A DNA stretch of 64,000 nucleotides from Podarcis gaigeae. Its lineage: Eukaryota. The stretch is taken from assembly GCA_964106915.2 (NCBI GenBank), contig OZ066919.1. One strand, 5' to 3'. Position 1 is the first letter of the stretch. Every line of letters starts with the position of its first letter. A program made the translations under genes and the position numbers. This document shows positions 11,815 to 22,380 of the stretch, one piece after another. The notes beneath the pieces were generated by a model. That model saw only the letters and a list, made by a program, of their open reading frames with translations. It was not told the DNA's origin and searched no databases.

Positions 11815-11868
<54 letters not shown>

Positions 11869-11927
11869 TTATTTATACACAACCCATCTGGCTGAGTTTC
11901 CCCAGCCACTCTGGGCGGCTTCCAATC
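11815..11927 (-). mobile_element. L2 LINE 3' tail with long (AAT)n
   Basis: (aat)~17 followed by ttatttatac..ccatctggctgagtttccccagccactctgggcggcttccaa. Confidence 0.8.
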
Positions 11928-12449
11928 AAGTGTTATGGTCCCAAAGTACTTGCTACCACCCAAGAGTTGGGTAGCATAGGATAATTCTGTACCAACACAA
12001 TCGTTATAAGCAGTGCTTATAGGAAAAAAGGTGCTGGTACTCACCACGAAGTTGTTACAATAAGTGCCACACTTTTAACATTTGTTGGGGCGGGGGAGAA
12101 TATGCTAGTACTGCATACCCTTGAGTACCCCAAGAAAAAAAGCCATGGTTGTATACCTGTAGACCTTGGAAATGTGAATGTACATAGCTACATGCTTAAG
12201 TTATTTTGTCTTGGAGTTTTGACTAGGAGCTGCAGCATGGTGCCGTAGATAGCACGGTGTACTCATACAAAACTTATTTACATCTGCCACATCCAAAAGC
12301 AGCTGCCAAGTTCTGCACTACAAGTGCATATGGAAGATCACGGGTGAATCTTTTTTTCTTCAGGTGAATCTCAAATTACCAGTTGTGATTTCCTTTTTAA
12401 TCATCTTTTCTCTCTTTTTTTGGACTAGAAGCATTGGTATCCCATCAAA

Positions 12450-12730
12450 GGGATTCAGGGTGGAGGTGCTACTGTCCAGGCACCCAGATGGGTGCTGACA
12501 GGTCAGGTGATCACAGGTGGGGTCACCCTGATTTGGTGTGTGTCATAGGGTGGTTCGTAACCTTGGTTAACCCTGCCAAAATAATCAACCGGCAACTGGG
12601 CTGGTTGATCCAGGTTACACACCCAGTGCCTGCACCCAAAACCTGTTGACATCTGTAATCAATAAAGTTGTGACCTGTATAAATCTCAAGTGGTTTTCCT
12701 GCATTTATTGCAATTCTACAAGGCTTGGGG
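12450..12730 (+). mobile_element. Fragment of the same unassigned family as 9068-9790
   Basis: CATCTGTAATCAATAAAGTTGTG (22/23 identical to the 9.7-kb copy) preceded by an equivalent hairpin. Boundaries approximate. Confidence 0.5.
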
Positions 12731-14474
12731 CTGACCACCCACAGCTTCACTGTGCCTGGGGCCCACAACCATCTATTCAGTCTTAGGCAAGTCTTAAAAT
12801 AGGTAATGAGAAAAAAAAGAAAGTGTTTTTCTGCTCGATCCTGATAAAATATTCAAAGTAGAAATAATTCTATAAGCATGTTGATTAACTGATGGAGCTG
12901 GAATATGAGAGCAAATGTTTGGCATACTTAGGTGTAGCAATCCATCCTGGAATGTTTTACACCCAGAGATAAATCAATTCTCAAGTCTCAACTGATAACC
13001 ATTCTCAGTCCTCAGCCTGTCCCATATTTGTAGGTACACGGTGCTCTATTATGCAATGTGCCACTTAGTAGGTTTTCAGGACACCAGGAATAACTATGAA
13101 CATGCATCGGAACATTTTGCAAATAAAAAACCAAACCAAAAACCCTAGAAAATTTACCTAGTGATCATTGCACCAAGCCCCTGTTTCTGGTTTAAGTCTC
13201 ATTGTTTCATAAAAAAGCACAATCCCTTCCCATTTCTGCAGTTTAGGCAAATTAACATATTTTATTTGAAAGCAAAAGCTAAGGGCTTTCCCACCAAGTA
13301 AGAAAGTTACTTTCCGAAAGAATTTTCTTCTACAAGCCACTACACATTCATATCCTAGAAGCACTTTGCTTCCTCTATTGTGAATACAGCAATTACAAAA
13401 ATGTTTAGTAAATATAACAAATAGGGTAGCCTCTCAGTTTAGACATGTTCTTTCATAGTTATCCATCTCTGCACCTCTCCTCCTTCTGTGGTCATAAACG
13501 GGGGGGGGGGGGGAATGCAGTTGCAGGATGACCAGGGACTGACAAGCTTTGTTCCGGAAACACTCCATGTGGAGTGAATTTGCCCAGCAGTGCATGGCCT
13601 AGAGAGCAGTGAAATAGGTGGAATTTCATCCCCACATCAGGGCTCTTGCACAATCTTGCAGTAGAGATGCTCCTGTGGGATCTCAAGAGAGAAGGATGGG
13701 GTCAGAGGTTTTTCAAGGCCATGTTGACCTGTGAATTACCCACCCTGAGATTAGAAGCAGAGACAGATTTAGGGGAGTTTGACCGGTTCAGTTGCAATGG
13801 GCATGAAGCTTTGGGGATGTCACCAAAGACACCACAACTATTATTTAGAATGGAATGAGAGAAGTCTCTGCAGAACCAAGAGCAGCTGGCCCATCTCCCC
13901 CACTTGTCCTACCCGCCAGATTATTTAAAAACAGTTTTCAATTTGAAGATTCTGTTTTCAGAGGCCTATAGGTTATAGAAGCTGTTTGCCTTGCAGAAAG
14001 AATTGGCATTACCAGTGGCATCAAATCCTCTCCAAATTAGATATTGGACTGAATTTTCAAGTTCTACAGTGCTTCAGAACCATGCAGATAGTCTCAATTC
14101 TAGAAAGGAGACAACTCCCCAACAAGAACAAGTTCAACTGGCAAGAAGATTCAGCAACCAGGCCCAGTGCTTCAAGACAGACAACTCCCAAATCTGAACC
14201 TGTTCTACAAGGTGAACCACACCCTATCAGGAAAGGTGCTATAAAGAGACCACTCCTGAGAGACATTTGGCAGAGGACAGTGTTTCTCACTCAACAGTTA
14301 TGCTGCTGATGAATCTTCATGAGCTGAAATGGCTCTCTCATTTTTTAAAAGCTCTATAATAAACCAGATCTGTAATAATATTTTCAATGGTAACTAGCCT
14401 TTTCTTAGGGAGAAGTTTGGGCAGGGCAACTAATTTGACACTCCAGAGTGGCAGAATCTCCTCCTCACACACCC

Positions 14475-14703
14475 AAAAGAGTCATGAGTGGTGTTATAGA
14501 GACTAACACATTTATTATGACATAGACTTTGGTGGACTAATATCCACTTTGCCATAAGTCTGAAGTGCTATCCTAAGTTAGCAGGTATGCAGCAGCCCAT
14601 ACTTGTCTGCTTAGGATAACACTTCAGGCCTCTAAAGAAGTAGACTCTAGTTCATAAAAGCTTGTGCCATTTTCTGTTCTTTAAAGGTGCAGCAAGACTT
14701 TTT
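14475..14703. mobile_element. Old Penelope-like fold-back element with decayed hammerhead motif
   Basis: Diverged inverted arms (aaaagagtc..agagactaac / ctttaaaggtgcagcaagactt); inner stem tgaagtgctatcctaag/cttaggataacacttca; tctaaagaagtagactctagttcataaaagcttgtgcc resembles CTGAAGAA-stem-GAAAGCTTA. Confidence 0.65.
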
Positions 14704-14770
14704 GTAATTTTAAACTAAAGTTCCATAGAGTTCCAAAACATTTTTCTGGATTCCATGTCACATGCCTCAA

Positions 14771-14813
<43 letters not shown>

Positions 14814-15400
14814 TACTGCCCTCTACCCGCAAGTCTCAGGGCGGTTCACAGAATAAATCTAACTGAAGGGTCAATACATCAGTTTTCACTGGAATTTTCT
14901 TTACTCCAAAGCTTAAGACATTTTACAGTTACCACTAGTAGGCTAAACTAATTACTTGAACCTCACTTAAAACTTTAGTTCATAACTCTTTACTTGGGAA
15001 GAACAGATAGAGTAGAGGCATATGTTATTGGTGCTGAATATCTGACTGCCATTATTAGTGTCACAGACAAATGATCTGTTAAATGTGGTTTCAAGTTATA
15101 TTCTTTAACATGGAATTTTCCCTTTCCAGCTGAGATCCAAACAGTGCAATCCTATGAATGGTTACTTAGAAGCTCCATTGTGTCTAGTCCAACTTGCTTA
15201 GGATTGCAAACTAAATGGCTCAAGTCTTGATTCATACAAGCCACATCAAAAAATCAGGAGGCAAAACACCAGAATAAGGTTCTGATGGGAGTCAGAATTG
15301 GCAAACCTTTTCTTTCTGCATGGTGATGAAAACCAAGTAAATTGCCCTGCAGACCATGAAGAAGAAATCACAAGCAGAAAGGACACACATGAGAACTTAC

Positions 15401-15819
15401 TTTGAGTTAACCTGTCCATAGACTGCATCCTGCTTGCTGCTAGCAACAGGCTGTACATAGACCATGCTGGCAGAGGTGCAAGAGGGACTGCGGACTGGAA
15501 CTACTTTGTTTGGCCTTGTTGCAGTTGTAATTCCATGCTGGTTGTTGCTTGTGCTGTTGTAGAGGCTATGGCGATGCATACTGGCCTTGTGACTCACACG
15601 GCTTCCACTCTGGTTTCTCCTCAGCGTGCCTCTTGGAGGGTCATAGTAGAGGTCTGGCTCACTCCGGCTACTCTTCATAGTCTGCACAAGGCAGTAATCA
15701 CTGCCAGGAACAGTTGGGCTACAGACCTTGTTGTAGTTCCGGCTGCCCCAGCCGTCCATTTGGCTGTAGGAGCTGTAGCGTTTGTTCTCGGCTTCTCTTT
15801 TGAGGGTTCCATTGTACAG
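15401..15819 (-). CDS. PKP1: PKP1 coding exon 3 (head domain)
   Basis: Acceptor ctcccccag|CTG. LYNGTLKREAENKRYSSYSQMDGW...SSRSEPDLYYDPPRGTLRR...QVNSK. Donor AA|GTAAGT. 419 nt, phase 0 to 2. Confidence 0.95.
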
Positions 15820-16710
15820 CTGGGGGAGATTGGGGAGAGGGAGAAGGGGAAGAATAGGAAATACAAGGGTCAAAGTTAGAATTTCACTTGCTTTACAAAG
15901 ACCACTTAGATCCCTGAGAGGTACTGAGCACCATGTCCAATGAAAGTAGAGTGGCCATGTGCTCTTACACTGGACAACCTTCCATTCGAAGGGCTGTCCA
16001 GTCCAAGCCCACCTTAAAGATGAAGTACCCTAAGAAGGCAAAGCAGGGGCCTTGACGCTGCCCATCAACAGTTACTACTTGTCAGCACGCTGATCATTAT
16101 TCCCCTCTATGTGTTTCTATTTAAATTAGAATATCTATTTTTCAAAAAAATGCATCTATACAAAAAATATCCTATGGAAATTTTATGTATTTCTTCTATC
16201 TGGAAAATGCATAAGTAACCACTCTAATCAAAAGTAGCATTCCACTCATTACCTTTGATAGGAAGAATGAATGAGCCATGTTCAGTAGAAGCAGTGACAG
16301 CCCAATACATTTTGCTACCTGAGCAAAGTCCACATCACCAAGATAATTTTTTTTAAAAAAAGGCTTTCTGCACCATATAGGAGGCACTCTTTTTCTGCCA
16401 CACCCCACCAGTGCTGCTTTATGGAGCCATAGCCAGATCTACAGTCCTCCTACTCATGAAAGCTATAGCGAAAGGGGCAGGGAGCAGGATGGTCAGGCCT
16501 GAATCAGGCTGGTGCAGCAATGGGGCCTGGATCCCCAAACAGCTGTGCCACAGATCCTGGCCTGGCTCATCCCCACATGTGAAACACCCCTTTAAGCATA
16601 CTGCAAAGCCTTTCATGAGACTGATGGCCAGTGGGAGGCTGCCAGAATTGGATGGAGCACCTCCTAATCCAACACACAAACACACATCTGGTAGAAGGAG
16701 AGTTTAGGTT

Positions 16711-17075
16711 AAAGGTAAAGGTAAAGGTACCCCTGCCCGTACGGGCCAGTCTTGACAGACTCTGGGGTTGTGCGCCCATCTCACTTAAGAGGCCAGGGGC
16801 CAGCGCTGTCCGGAGACACTTCCGGGTCATGTGGCCAGTGTGACAAGCTGCATCTGGCGAGCCAGAGCCGCACACGGAAACGCCGTTTACCTTCCAGCTA
16901 GAAAGCGGTCCCTATTTATCTACTTGCACCCGGAGGTGCTTTCGAACTGCTAGGTTGGCAGGCGCTGGGACCGAGCAGCGGGAGCGCACCCCACCGCAGG
17001 GATTCGAACCGCCGACCTTTCGATCGGCAAGTCCTAGGCGCTGAGGCTTTAACCCACAGCACCACCTGCGTCCCT
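16711..17075 (-). mobile_element. Sauria SINE (Squam1-type), full length
   Basis: tRNA-like head GGGACGCAGGTGGTGCTGTGGG with B-box GGTTCGAATCC, (ACCTTT)n tail, TSD gtttaggtt. Confidence 0.9.
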
Positions 17076-18252
17076 GTTTAGGTTTAGGTTGCTCTGGACA
17101 AAACCAATTCCTGCCTTCATCTAGTCTCATAATGGTTCTGCCTAAAGCAAGTCATTTCACATTGCTGGTGAATTTCACTCTACTCAGCACCCCTCGGGAT
17201 TTTTCTCATCACAGCATTACACATTAATATGAACCGAGTGTATTTTTATCCCTCCGCTCTCAACCACAAAGTAGAGGGGAAAGGACAAAAAGTGCAAATA
17301 AAATAGAGAATTGCAACCACAAGGCCAGAGCTGTCTCAGCAATTCACTGAAGTTCAGTGCAGCATTCTAAGAACTTCCTAATAAATTCTCATTTCCCCCC
17401 CACCTCACTGAGGCTTTTTGCATCTACTTAATGAACATATGTTCAGAAATTTGGATTTGTGAAGAATCTCAAGTATGTCCTGGCCTACAGTGTAAACATG
17501 TTGAACCATCTCCAAGACTGGAGTATCTCTAACCCTCTCTGGCAAAGTAACTCTCTTAAGAGAAGGAGAGAGACTGTGAAACACCTTAATATGGATTCAT
17601 TCAGTCCAAGGCTATTTGTGTGCTCATTTGAAGGTTACTCTTTTACCACACATTTCAAGCAGAATATACATCCATGTATCCATGTAACAATAATTTGTGC
17701 TTGAGCTTGTTTTCCCCTCCTTTCTCCCACCCCCCTTTTCTTCATGTATCATGTCCTTTTAAATGGTGAGCCTGAGGGCAGGGACCTACTACAGATATAT
17801 GTAAGCTGCTCCAAGAGGTGCTCTGCCTAAAGGGTGGGTTTTAGAAATGCAATACTGTAAATAAACCAAAATGTGCCAAACCAGAATGTGCAGCAGCATC
17901 CCATGGTGTTTAGTCAGGATAAGTAAATCCCACTGTATTCACTAGGATTTTTGCTTTCAGTTTGCACACATATTAAGGCTAGATCTAGACACATCAAAGA
18001 AGCTTTTCAGTTAAATGCATTGTAAACTCATACAGGGAAATCCAGTAGGAAAAGACAGGACTCCACAATGCCATCTGGTGTCACAGTTTTATATCGCATA
18101 TACAACGCTTTTTCTTTACCAGTCTAGCTGAGTCCTAAGTGTCTGTGAGACAGCTGCTAATTATGTCCCTAACATGATGCATTCAACCAAAGTGTTAATG
18201 TCATAACTTCAGAGTTTGTTTTTTAAGCATGCACACCAGTTTTGCTCTACTG

Positions 18253-18388
18253 CTGGCTTCCTCAGCCTCGGCCCTCCAGATGTTTTTGGCCTACAACTCC
18301 CATGATCCCCAGCTAGCAGGACCAGTGGTCAGGGATGATGGGAATTGTAGTCTCAAAACATCTGGAGGGCCAAGTTTGAGGAAACCTG
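18253..18388. mobile_element. hAT-type MITE
   Basis: Fold-back element with perfect 8-bp TSD ctctactg. Confidence 0.9.
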
Positions 18389-19672
18389 CTCTACTGGATC
18401 ACTGGGATTCAGTGGGTTCTCTGAGACCTTCTCCCTTGTGTAGAGTACTATTCCAGTTAAAATGCACAGAAATTTATGCCTTAGTCTTCCAAACTCAGGG
18501 AAGCGTTTTGCTGACACAAAGCTTGCCCTGACAAGAATGTGTCCTTGTTGGAGACAGAACATTTTCCTTTCCTGATAAACACGAGAAGCAATGGGCCTCT
18601 CCTGTCCATCTTACTGAGAGACCATCTGACATGGCATATCAGTTTAAAAGAAAAAAAGCAAAGAAAGATGAAGAGCAAAAGTAGATTTATGCGGTCAGGA
18701 TAAAATAGCAAACTGTAATGCTGTCTATTAAAAAACAAACCACCAGCTAGAATCTTGGGAAAGAATGAGATGCAGAACCTTGGAGCCTGTGATATCAGGG
18801 TTCAGTTTATAGCAAAATTCAAACACTGCTTTTGATAATGAGGTTATTTTAACACCATAGAAGCTGTTTTTCCACATCTCTGCAGGATAAATCTTGTGCA
18901 TCTCACTCCACCCAAGCTGTGCCTGCATTGACTTGTTTCTAAGAACTTGTTTAGCAGAAAGGTGTCTTCCCAGAGCTAATAACTTGGAATCCACAGCTCC
19001 CAAGCTTCACTGGGAAGAAGAACATGTTAACAGCTCAATAGCACAGAAAAGGAGCCTGCCATTCCAAAATTCAGGATACCCCCCTTGATAATTCCTTCTC
19101 ATAAACACATCGAAATGAACAGTGTACAAACACACTTGTGCACAAATGTCTTTTTTGTTTGTTCTCCTTCCAGACACTTGATGTGAATAAATGCAAAAGT
19201 AAACAGAAGCCTTACATAAATAATATGTTAAGTCTTTAATGGAAACATAATAGCTAGCTTTTGTTAGCTGCAAATGCCCCAGGGACTCAACATCTGTGCC
19301 AAGCTGCTATCTCTCTATTATTCTCTCTTTTGCTGCTATAAAGGTGTATGGCTTACTAAAAAAAAGAAAAAAGAAAAAGAGTGTAGCCAAGGTAAGTCTC
19401 CAGCCATTCAAGCTAGATCAGACAGCCTTGAACATAGCCCACATAGTTTGAATGCAGCAAATGTCAACACTGGGGCAGCAAATAGCTGATCAAGCTAGCA
19501 CTCAACTTGAAGTGCAAGAAGTAGAATGATGGAGAAGAGGACTACAATGCCATGTGGAATTTAGTATAACAGCCTTTGGGTATCTCTCATTTAGCCCATA
19601 CCACCAAGACTGGTCCTGGTAGTTTCCCAGTCTGTGTTTGGTTCTGGGATGAGGAATCAGCAGTAGGATTAG

Positions 19673-19866
19673 CACAGCTGAACCAAGACATTTTGGCATC
19701 CAAGGTGGACCCCAAAATGGTGTTCCTTATCCTGCCAGGGAAGAAAGTGTGAGAGGAGATCTACAGCAGGAACAAAGAGTAAGGCTGATAGTGAGATCTG
19801 CTGCCTCTATAGATCTTGCCACCTGAGGCAGTCACCTCACCTTTCCTCCTGGGTGGGCTGGCCCTG
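19673..19866. mobile_element. Old hAT-type non-autonomous element
   Basis: Ends in gggctggccctg; flanks aggattag / aggatcag (8-bp TSD, 1 mismatch). Confidence 0.55.
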
Positions 19867-19966
19867 AGGATCAGCATAGTAGCCCTACCATCGTTTGATT
19901 TTCTTAAACCAGTATTGAAGAGCCATCTTTTTTCCATAGCCTTTACTGGCTACTGCACATCAAGCT

Positions 19967-20485
19967 GTGGAAATGGTTCCTGTTTCCACATATGGTCAAT
20001 TAATAATCAAAGAAGGAGGAAAATGGAAACTAAAGCCATACGAACAAGTTAGAGAACATGTTTATGACTGGTTGCATTACTTTCAGGTCAATGAAATGTT
20101 TAAAAAAGACATTAAAGAAAAGGGTTATGTAGAAAAAGATTCAAATAATGATTCTAAAATTCTGTCAAAAATGTACAAAATATTGTTGGAATGGAATATG
20201 AAATATGAGAAAGTTAAATCGGTAATGGTACAATGGGCCAAAGATTTTGGTTATAATATACAGTTTGAGGATTGGGAAAAACTGTGGAAGGAGAACTTAA
20301 GATTCACTGCTTGTATGACACTAAAAGAAAATGTTATGAAAATGTTTTACAGATGGTATATCACACTGGTAAAATTAGCAAAAATGTATAAGATGTGTAA
20401 TAAATGTTGGAAATGTAAGGAAACAGAAGGAACGTTTTATCACATGTGGTGGGAATGTAAGAAAGTGAAGGGATTTTGGGAAAGG
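19967..20485 (+). mobile_element. L1-clade LINE ORF2 C-terminal fragment
   Basis: A-rich ORF ending in the L1 zinc-knuckle CWKCKETEGTFYHMWWEC; no 3' UTR or poly(A) visible. Confidence 0.85.
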
Positions 20486-20710
20486 TGGCTGCTTTAAGCA
20501 AATATCTCTCACCGCTTGAATTATTGAGTACCGCTATGGAAGCAGTCAATGTCAGATCCACTAACATGTGGCTAACAAGGGCAGTTGGCAGTGGCAAGTT
20601 TTTCACATTTGTTTTGTTTCAGGCTAGAGCAGCTGAAAAGCATTAGAATCAGGTTCCTTGGGGGATCCATCATGCTTTGGACCCAGTAGATCCATAGATT
20701 CAGTTTTAGT

Positions 20711-21066
20711 GTGGGTGGTGCTGTGGTCTAAACCACTGAGCCTCTTGGGCTTGCCAATCAGAAGGTCAGTGGTTTGAATCCCCGCGATGGGGTGAGCTCC
20801 CATTGCTTGGTCCCAGCTCCTGCCAACCTAGCAGTTTGAAAGCCCGTCAAAGTGCAAGTAGATCAATAGGTACCACTCTGGTGGGAAGGTAAATGGCGTT
20901 TCTGTGCGCTGCTCTGGTTTCGCCAGAAGTGGCTTAGTCATGCTGGCCACATGACCCAGAAGCTGTATGCTGGCTCCCTCCGCCAATAAAGCGAGATGAG
21001 CGCCACAACCCCAGAATTGTCTGTGGCTGGACTTAACTGTCAGGGGTTCTTTACCTTTACCTTTTA
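20711..21066 (+). mobile_element. Sauria SINE, older subfamily
   Basis: gtgggtggtgctgtggtctaaaccactgagcc...ggtttgaatcccc...caggggttctttacctttacctttt. Confidence 0.88.
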
Positions 21067-22125
21067 CTGGCTACCACTGATAGTAGCTTCTGACCACCAA
21101 TGGCACTCCTCTCTGATGGCAGAAGTTTATGGGGATTTTAAAATTTTGCTCTAAACTATGACTGAGGCCAAGCAATCCAATTTCTGCTAATGTATATCAG
21201 CAGCTTGTTAATGTCAGCATAACATCAGTGTATCTTAGGATCCCATAGCAATCTAGGTGACGTAGATGGAAAATATATTAATGCCTTATTAATCATCATC
21301 TGCTTAGTAATAATAATTTGTACAGTACTTTAGTGTTGGATTATCTCAGTAATCCAGGCCTGCACAACTTGCCACTTGCCAAGTCAAATGTAGTCTATCT
21401 TCCTTTTAAAACATGGTTAATTAAATATATTAACACCCCCATAAGTTAAGTAAGTAGCAATTATTGTAAATGTTCATATCACCAAAATGATTCACAAAGC
21501 ACTTAAGTGACATGATAATACATTTATAATTTTTATTGTGCGAGGCTGTGGTCACCAAGAACTTTTCAGAAGTGGATCCCTATCATTCTCCACCCTGTCT
21601 AACTGGAGAAAGTGAACCACAACCTGCACACATAGACACACACAGAGACAATTGGAAACTGAATAGGTCAATGGGAGAGACAGGAATTGAACCCACTCAT
21701 GAGCCTACTTATTAGGTGGTTCCAATTTCTATAGCTAGCAAAGTGATTAGTAGAAAGATAGGAACTGAACAAAAAAACTACAGATGGTTTAGTTACTTCT
21801 AGAGCAGCAGATGGTGTGGAGGTAAAATAATAAAATTGCACAAACACGTTGGGAGGAGGTGTCTCTCAGGCCAGAGGGGAAAGCCAAAGCAATGAAATAT
21901 GATGGAGTGCCACCCTGAATGATGTATTGTGCACACCCTAGATCCTGCTTGCGAAATGCACTCATTTCAGTCTGTTACACACAACTGGAAGAGAAAAACT
22001 TGGATAACCAGTAAAAATAAAATAAAATAAAATTTCGTCTGGATTTGAAATATTTCTTCCCTTCACTTTCATATTTTTCTTTGACACTTTCTCATTTCTT
22101 TCAGAAAGCACAGATGTCCAAGTGT

Positions 22126-22148
22126 CTATTTATTTATTTATTTATTTA

Positions 22149-22183
<35 letters not shown>

Positions 22184-22185
22184 AA
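22126..22185. repeat. Head-to-head (TTTA)n/(TAAA)n microsatellite palindrome
   Basis: Seen directly in the sequence. Confidence 0.9.
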
Positions 22186-22188
22186 TTT

Positions 22189-22380
22189 CAGTTACAGATA
22201 GGTAGCCATGTTGGTCTGCCATAGTCAAAACAAAAAAATTCCTTCCAGTAGCACCTTAAAGACCAACTAAGTTAGTTCTTGGTATGAGCTTGAAGAAGAA
22301 GTGTGCATGCACACGAAAGCTCATACCAAGAACTAACTTAGTTGGTCTTTAAGATGCTACTGGAAGGAATTTTTTTGTTT
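22189..22380. mobile_element. Penelope-like fold-back element containing a hammerhead ribozyme-type core
   Basis: 65-bp inverted arms (22227-22291 / 22317-22381, 1 mismatch); GAAGAA-GTGTGCATGCACAC-GAAA-GCTC-ATACC; flanked by the direct repeat taaataaaattt. Confidence 0.8.

Noticed and set aside
13500-13513. G14 homopolymer
   Set aside because: Simple run, possibly of uncertain length in the assembly; no supporting context.
13940-14370. LTR-like block with CTGATGA...GAAA (14306-14329) as a hammerhead ribozyme
   Set aside because: Stem II is poor and no stem I pairing can be drawn; the overlapping ORFs have no recognisable homology.
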